Of a DNA stretch of 64,000 bases, positions 58,664 through 64,000 are shown piece by piece. The notes beneath the pieces were generated by a model that made no database searches, was not told the origin of the DNA, and saw only the letters and a list, made by a program, of their open reading frames with translations. The stretch spans positions 4,324 to 68,323 of the forward strand of contig JBMCWH010000001.1 of assembly GCA_048621635.1 (NCBI GenBank), in the 5' to 3' direction. A program made the position numbers and the translations under genes. The DNA comes from Patescibacteria group bacterium (GTDB lineage Bacteria; Patescibacteriota; WWE3; JAUXAW01; JAYEID01). The stretch's first letter is position 1, and each line of letters starts with the position of its first letter.

Positions 58664-60139
58664 ATGATCCCCGATCTTATTCTAGGTGCGGCTTTTGGCA
58701 CTGTTGCTAGCGGAGCCGTCTTTTACCTTCTCCAAAAATCAAATATTGACCCTCTCTCTAAAAAAGACAAAGGCGAAGCGAAAAAAAGGCTTTCCTCTGC
58801 ACATGATAAAGCAGAAGAAATAGAGGAAAATGCGCGGGAAAAAGCGCGCAAAATCAGGGCAAAGGTGGAAGAGCTGGAGGAATCTATTGTAGAAAGAAAA
58901 GCAGATTTGGACAAACGCACTAGGAACTTAGAAGATAAAGAAGAGGAACTGTCTCAACAAAAGCAAGAACTCAGGAAGATGCGTAACCGGTTAAAGAAAG
59001 AATTGGAAAAAAGAGCAGGCCTAACACGTAAAGAGGCAGAAGAAAAATTACTCTCCTCCCTAGAAAAAGATTTACAAGCAGAAAAAGCCCGGCGGATAAA
59101 GGAATTCCAAGAAGAGACGGAACTAGAAGCAGATGAAAAGGCAAAAGAAATTTTGGTAGATGCAATGGAAAAAGCATCTACAGACTATGTGGCAGAAACT
59201 ACCGTATCCATTGTTCACCTTCCTAATGACGAGATGAAGGGCCGAATAATTGGTAGAGAAGGAAGAAATATAAAAGCTTTGGAACGGGCTACAGGGGTCG
59301 ACTTCGAAATAGACGAAACACCAGAAGAAGTACGTGTTTCCAGCTTTGATCCCCTACGACGAGAAATTGCTCGCCGTTCTCTAGAGAGATTAGTCGCGGA
59401 TGGACGAATTCAACCCTCACGTATTGAAGAAACAGTAAAAAGAGTAAAAAATGATTTTAATCGCGATTTGAGAAAGATAGGCAAAGACCTGGCCTACAAA
59501 GCAGGTGTTTCCGGATTACCTATGGAACTTCTGGAAAATCTTGGCAAACTAAAGTTTAGAACTTCCTACGGCCAAAACCAAGCGGAACATACTTTGGAAG
59601 TTATTAATATAGCCAAGGCTTTAGCCAAAGAAGTTGGCGCCCGTGTTAAGTTGGTGGCAAAAGCTGCTTTACTTCATGATATTGGTAAAGTTAAAACCAT
59701 TGAGGAAGGGGAAGGCTCCCATGTAGAGCTAGGAAAATCTTTCCTAAGAAAACACGGACTCGCTGACGAACTTATCCACACAGCCATGGCGCACCATCGC
59801 GATGATGCTTTTCAAAATATTGAAGCTGCTCTAGTATATATCGCAGATGCTATTTCTGGTTCACGTCCCGGAGCGCGGGTAGAAGATTACGACTCCTATG
59901 TCCAACGCATCGAATCCCTGGAAAACATTGCTCAAGAGTTTGAAGGGGTAAAAGAAGCGTACGCTATTTCAGCAGGAAGAGAAGTACGCGTACTTGTCTC
60001 TCCCCAAAAAATAAGTGACGATGAGGCTACTGTCCTAGCACATGACTTATCCGAAAAAATACAAGAACAAGCTACCTATCCGGGCACAGTAAAAGTAAAT
60101 GTAATCAGAGAAACAAGAGCTAGCGCAACTGCAAAATAA
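58664..60139 (+). CDS. rny: Ribonuclease Y
   Basis: 491 aa; N-terminal TM helix, coiled coil, KH domain (IGREGRNIKALE), HD domain (LLHDIGK). Confidence 0.9.
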   Translation: MIPDLILGAAFGTVASGAVFYLLQKSNIDPLSKKDKGEAKKRLSSAHDKAEEIEENAREKARKIRAKVEELEESIVERKADLDKRTRNLEDKEEELSQQKQELRKMRNRLKKELEKRAGLTRKEAEEKLLSSLEKDLQAEKARRIKEFQEETELEADEKAKEILVDAMEKASTDYVAETTVSIVHLPNDEMKGRIIGREGRNIKALERATGVDFEIDETPEEVRVSSFDPLRREIARRSLERLVADGRIQPSRIEETVKRVKNDFNRDLRKIGKDLAYKAGVSGLPMELLENLGKLKFRTSYGQNQAEHTLEVINIAKALAKEVGARVKLVAKAALLHDIGKVKTIEEGEGSHVELGKSFLRKHGLADELIHTAMAHHRDDAFQNIEAALVYIADAISGSRPGARVEDYDSYVQRIESLENIAQEFEGVKEAYAISAGREVRVLVSPQKISDDEATVLAHDLSEKIQEQATYPGTVKVNVIRETRASATAK

Positions 60140-60163
60140 ATAGCATAAATTAGCTATACAAAC

Positions 60164-60943
60164 ATGAATTTTTTATTCATCGGTGACATAGTTTCCCGTC
60201 TAGGGCGTGAGGCTGTAGAATCCTTCTTGCCAAAAATCAAAAAAAGTGATAGCATCAACCTTGCGGTAGGTAATATTGAGAATTTGGCTAACGGACGGGG
60301 CGCAACAGAAAATACTGTCCAGGAAATTTTGTCCTATGGGATAGATTATTGCACTTCCGGAGATCATATATTTTTCCGTGAAGATTTTTTGAATGCCATG
60401 GACAAATACCCTGTGCTGCGACCAGCAAATTACCCAGGAAATATGCCTGGAAAAGGATTCGGATTTATAGAAAGAGAAGAGAAAAACGTATTACTTTTGA
60501 ATTTGCTTGGCGTAAGTGTTGCCGGAGGGAATGTGGACTGCCCATTTCGCACCGCAGACAAAATTATAGCGGAACACGGTGAGCGTGCAGATTATATATT
60601 TGTTGACTTTCACGCTGAGAATACATCAGAACGGCGGGCATTAGGCTTTTATTTAGACGGAAGAGTGACCGGCGTTTTGGGAACGCATACACACGTTCCT
60701 TCCGCGGATGAGCAAATACTGCCGAAAGGAACAGCCTATGTTACAGACCTGGGAATGTGCGGACCACGTGATTCTGTCCTGGGTGTTAAAAAAGAAATAA
60801 TAGTTGAACGTTTTAAATACCCATACAGGCGCAGGTTCGAATGGGTCAAGGAAGGACCCGCAGTGTTTAACTCCGTTCTAATAAATGCGGAAGAAAACTG
60901 CTTGGCAACCCGGATTGAACGCGTTGATCACCACCAAAAGTGA
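60164..60943 (+). CDS. ymdB: YmdB-like metallophosphoesterase (2',3'-cyclic nucleotide phosphodiesterase)
   Basis: 259 aa; MNFLFIGDIV...GNIENLANGRG...DFHAE motifs; rny-ymdB operon order as in Bacillus. Confidence 0.85.
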   Translation: MNFLFIGDIVSRLGREAVESFLPKIKKSDSINLAVGNIENLANGRGATENTVQEILSYGIDYCTSGDHIFFREDFLNAMDKYPVLRPANYPGNMPGKGFGFIEREEKNVLLLNLLGVSVAGGNVDCPFRTADKIIAEHGERADYIFVDFHAENTSERRALGFYLDGRVTGVLGTHTHVPSADEQILPKGTAYVTDLGMCGPRDSVLGVKKEIIVERFKYPYRRRFEWVKEGPAVFNSVLINAEENCLATRIERVDHHQK

Positions 60944-61001
60944 TTTACAATATGATTATAGTAGTTTATTCAAACATGCTCTCGGGAGGAGGTGATACTC
61001 G

Positions 61002-61274
61002 GTGACAAAGACAGAAATAACTGAAGCTTTGGCAGAAGAAATCGACATGACCAAAGCAGATGCAAAACGAGCTGTTGATGGTTTAATTGGGATAATTCAG
61101 GATACGGTTGCGCGCGGTGAGAAGGTTACTCTTACTGGATTCGGAACTTTCGAGCAGCGCCATCGCAAAGCTCGCATGGGGAGGAATCCACGAACAGGTG
61201 CTCCTCTTCACATTCCCGCCTCTGACTACCCTGCATTCCGTGCAGGTAAGAATTTCAAAGAGGCTGTGGAGTGA
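61002..61274 (+). CDS. hup: DNA-binding protein HU
   Basis: 90 aa; GFGTFE...RNPRTG signature; GTG start with a GGGAGGAGGTG SD. Confidence 0.9.
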   Translation: MTKTEITEALAEEIDMTKADAKRAVDGLIGIIQDTVARGEKVTLTGFGTFEQRHRKARMGRNPRTGAPLHIPASDYPAFRAGKNFKEAVE

Positions 61275-61315
61275 GATAAGCGCTAAACGCTTCTTAGTTG
61301 TATACTAAGAAAACT

Positions 61316-61349
61316 ACCCCCCGACCCTGAGTCGGGGGTTGGTTTTTTT
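61316..61349 (+). terminator. Rho-independent terminator after hup
   Basis: ccccgac-cctga-gtcgggg followed by ttggttttttt. Confidence 0.7.
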
Positions 61350-61351
61350 GG

Positions 61352-61620
61352 TATAGCGAATTAGTAACAAGTAGGAAGTAGGAAGTAGATAGTAGAAAGC
61401 ATTAAGCATCAAGCCCCAAAAAGGATTCATATACCGTATTTCGTATCTCGGATGTCGGGGTACCGGATAGCGGTAGGCGGAATGCGGATGGCGGAAATTG
61501 TTATGGCGAATTACTACAAATGATTAAGGAATAAACACTTTTGTGCAACGAATTTTTGCTAATAGGAAGGAATAAATTCTGTTGTGTTACGAATTATCAC
61601 TAATAAGTAGAGACGGTGTG
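61352..61620. repeat. Copy C of the mosaic repeat family, the longest and most complete copy
   Basis: gcgaattagtaacaagtaggaagtaggaagtagatagtagaaagcattaagcatcaagccccaaaaaggattcatataccgtatttcgtatctcggatgtcggggtaccggatagcggtaggcggaatgcggatggcggaaa, then reiterated (a)cgaatta...ta units. Confidence 0.65.
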
Positions 61621-61757
61621 TCCCCCCAAACAGAGATTCTTTTCTGGCTGAGAATAGCAAGGGTTTGTCAAGAGCGGACGGCGGTTAGCGTATACAACAG
61701 TAGAACAACTGGTTAAGTTGAAGTTTAAGTTTCTGAATAATACCAGCAACTTGTGCA

Positions 61758-61859
61758 ATGAAAAGTGAAAAAAGGTTATATCACATAATCACATACGGTT
61801 GCCAAATGAACCCTCCTACGCATAAAGCTACGGAGGACGGGAAGGGAGGTGCTTATTAA
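61758..61859 (+). pseudogene. Displaced original 5' end of the miaB-like gene (33-codon ORF MKSEKRLYHIITYGCQMN-PPTHKATEDGKGGAY*)
   Basis: Encodes the canonical MiaB N-terminus ...YGCQMN, then runs into an 82-bp insert and stops. A 21-bp direct repeat acatacggttgccaaatgaac occurs at 61791-61811 and 61894-61914. Confidence 0.45.
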
Positions 61860-62970
61860 AATGGGAGTTAAGAACAATTGTTATTGGATATATACATACG
61901 GTTGCCAAATGAACGAAGCAGATTCGTTATGGTTAGAAAAGATTTTTAAACACTGCGATTATCGGAAAGCCACTTCTCTAGAAAATGCGGATGTTGTTTT
62001 AATTAATACTTGTTCTGTTCGGCAGGCTGCTGAAGATAAAGTCTACGGGCTTGCGCCAAAAATTCAAGAATTTAAAATTAAAAATTCAAATTTGAAAATT
62101 ATTCTTACTGGCTGCATGGTTGGATCGGCAACAGGTAAGCGAAGAAGGATGAAATTAGCTTCATTGAAAGAACGAATACCCTGGGTCGATTATTTTATCT
62201 CCCCTGACACTATTTTCAAAAATTTACCTCAAATACTGAACAATACTGAAAAATCAATTCACCCTGCCTTGCAAAAACCACAAGGTGTGGTTGTGGAAGA
62301 AACTGAAAAAGGCAAGGGAGCTTACGTTCCAATTATGAGAGGATGCAACAATTTTTGTTCTTATTGTGTTGTCCCTTACGCACGCGGGGAGGAAAAATAC
62401 CGGAAATTCGAGGATGTTGTCCAAGACGTCAAAAATTTGGTCAAAAAAGGAGTTAAATCAGTTACCCTACTAGGGCAAAATGTAAACTCCTACCCAAACT
62501 TTGCAAAGCTGTTAAAAAAACTACACACCATCAAAGTTTTAGAAGAAATCTGGTTTATAACCTCCAATCCTTGGGATTTTCCGGAAGAGTTAATAGATGT
62601 CTTAGCTTTACCCAAAATACGCAAGTACCTACACCTAGCAGTTCAATCTGGTGACGACGAAATTCTAAGAAAGATGAATAGGCCCTACACGGCTAATGAG
62701 TATAAAGAACTTGTTAAGCGCATACGCAAAAAAGTACCGGAAATGAAGTTTGGTACTGATCTTTTAGTAGGGTTTCCAGACGAAACAAAAAAACAATTTG
62801 AAAATACGGTAAAACTGGTCAAGGATGTGGGATTTGAGAACGCTTTTATCGCTATGTACTCCCCGCGACCAGGTACAGCTGCAGCTGAAAACTACGAAGA
62901 TAACGTTCCTCGCCAAGAAAAGAAAAGACGCCACCATAAACTTAGCAAAATAATAGAAACTGGACAGTAA
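61849..62970 (+). CDS. miaB: tRNA methylthiotransferase (MiaB-like radical SAM MTTase) lacking C-terminal TRAM domain, 5' end rebuilt
   Basis: MTTase N-domain (YTYGCQMNEADS), radical SAM CNNFCSYCVVPYARG. Ends soon after the ...YSPRPGT... block with no TRAM domain. Probable start is ATG 61861 after a GGGAAGGGAGG SD; the track start is GTG 61849. Confidence 0.8.
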   Translation: MLIKMGVKNNCYWIYTYGCQMNEADSLWLEKIFKHCDYRKATSLENADVVLINTCSVRQAAEDKVYGLAPKIQEFKIKNSNLKIILTGCMVGSATGKRRRMKLASLKERIPWVDYFISPDTIFKNLPQILNNTEKSIHPALQKPQGVVVEETEKGKGAYVPIMRGCNNFCSYCVVPYARGEEKYRKFEDVVQDVKNLVKKGVKSVTLLGQNVNSYPNFAKLLKKLHTIKVLEEIWFITSNPWDFPEELIDVLALPKIRKYLHLAVQSGDDEILRKMNRPYTANEYKELVKRIRKKVPEMKFGTDLLVGFPDETKKQFENTVKLVKDVGFENAFIAMYSPRPGTAAAENYEDNVPRQEKKRRHHKLSKIIETGQ

Positions 62971-62975
62971 ATAGG

Positions 62976-63638
62976 TTACGAATAGTCTTCAAAAAATTTC
63001 TCTAACACCTGATTAACAATATCCCAAGAAAACCCTCTACGCACTAAAAGTTTAGACAGTTTCTCTCGCTGCTCATTTTTCGAGAGAGCTTTATACCGCG
63101 ACCTTTTCTTTTCCAACAAAGACCGCGCCCAAGCAAGCTCGTCGTCCTGCGTATATTTAACAAGCTCTGTCTTTATTGTCTGCCTATCTACACCTTTCTT
63201 AAATAACTCGCTCTTCAGCAAGTATTTTCCTCGAGGCTTAAACTGAATACGCTGCTTAACCCACCAAGAAGCAAATTCAGAATCGTCAACATAGCCTAAA
63301 TCGCTTAATTTATCCAAAACACGTTCAATCAACGCTTCTTTGTTAACTTGTTCAACTGTTTCTTTTTTCAGCTTCCTTACTTTCTTCCAAAGATTATTAC
63401 GAATCTCCTGACGGGAGCGCGGTCGGTAAGAAAGAAAATGACAAGCTTTATCAAACAATTTTTTTTCCAAATCTTTCTCAACAATTCTCGAAATCTCCTC
63501 TTCCGTAAGGTTTTTTCCCTCTTTCAAATTTTCAGAAAAAACAAATTCTTTATCCACACCAAAAGCAAACTCCCCGTCTAAATAAATATTGCACCTGCCT
63601 TTGTTTGTTTTCTGGGAGGCGATCTTGCTAATTTTCAT
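62976..63638 (-). CDS. recX: Regulatory protein RecX
   Basis: 220 aa; three-helix-repeat architecture; immediately downstream of recA. Confidence 0.7.
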   Translation of the reverse strand: MKISKIASQKTNKGRCNIYLDGEFAFGVDKEFVFSENLKEGKNLTEEEISRIVEKDLEKKLFDKACHFLSYRPRSRQEIRNNLWKKVRKLKKETVEQVNKEALIERVLDKLSDLGYVDDSEFASWWVKQRIQFKPRGKYLLKSELFKKGVDRQTIKTELVKYTQDDELAWARSLLEKKRSRYKALSKNEQREKLSKLLVRRGFSWDIVNQVLEKFFEDYS

Positions 63639-63679
63639 TAACTTTTTAGCTGTTGGAGTAATTCAAGCAGCAAGGAGTA

Positions 63680-64000
63680 TTATTCTTCCTCGACATCTTC
63701 TTCACTTTTCTCCTCAGGTCCTACTCCCATCTCGATAGGTATACCTTTTTCTCTCGCTTGTTCTTTAATTTTTTCTTCTATTTCCTCAGCAAGTTCTGGG
63801 TTTTCTATTAAGTATTTTTTTACGTTTTCCCTTCCTTGCCCAAGTTTTTCCTCCCCGTAAGAATACCAGGAACCCGCTTTTTCAACGATTTCCATTTCCA
63901 CACCCACGTCTAAAAGTGCTCCTTCCTGTGAAATCCCTTTGCCATACATAATATCAAACTCAGCAGTTCTGAAGGGCGGGGCGACTTTATTTTTAACTAT
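63680..64000 (-). CDS. recA: Recombinase RecA (3' portion; gene continues beyond the window end)
   Basis: C-terminal RecA sequence ...[62 protein letters not shown]... with an acidic tail; the open frame runs to the window edge. Confidence 0.85.
   Translation of the reverse strand: MVKNKVAPPFRTAEFDIMYGKGISQEGALLDVGVEMEIVEKAGSWYSYGEEKLGQGRENVKKYLIENPELAEEIEEKIKEQAREKGIPIEMGVGPEEKSEEDVEEE

Noticed and set aside
1-64000. CRISPR arrays, rRNA genes, and integrases or transposases
   Set aside because: No regularly spaced direct repeats with unique spacers and no rRNA-like conserved blocks. The dispersed repeats are mosaic and unevenly spaced, not CRISPR-like. No recombinase ORF is present.

Overview
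This 64 kb window is gene-dense, about 42% GC, and carries mostly core housekeeping genes. The gene content looks like a reduced Gram-positive-type or CPR/Patescibacteria-type genome. Most genes lie on the minus strand; the main plus-strand blocks are 10.7-12.7 kb, 28.5-29.4 kb, 32.8-34.5 kb, 40.3-42.0 kb and 58-63 kb. Confidently recognised genes include rpsG, rpsL, rpoC, rpoB, alaS, ftsK, rnj, pnp, rpsO, infB, nusA, ychF, hrcA-grpE-dnaK, murJ, rpsT, pilN-pilO, recJ, secDF, ssb, comM, miaA, rny-ymdB, hup, a miaB-like gene, recX and the 3' end of recA. I did not find rRNA genes, tRNA genes or CRISPR arrays. One structured RNA is recognisable by eye: RNase P RNA on the minus strand near 51.96-52.42 kb, apparently with an unusual 3' extension. 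Several features fall outside the standard ORF track. A 102-codon stop-free frame with no start codon sits in frame directly after the TAA stop of a DHH/DHHA1 phosphoesterase gene. A 103-bp duplication or insertion, flanked by a 21-bp direct repeat, rebuilds the 5' end of the miaB-like gene. A mosaic, stop-codon-rich repeat family fills most of the large intergenic regions, and one of its modules is inserted in frame inside miaA. A three-gene cassette (small beta-barrel protein, TrpR-like protein, Dda/RecD-like helicase) is flanked by inverted repeat copies. A Lon-like protein has only the AAA+ module and is followed by about 400 nt of structured non-coding DNA. Many genes appear to be leaderless, with an extended -10 box (TGnTATAAT) 5-7 nt before the start codon. 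All coordinates derived by eye for non-ORF features are approximate (about +/-3 nt).
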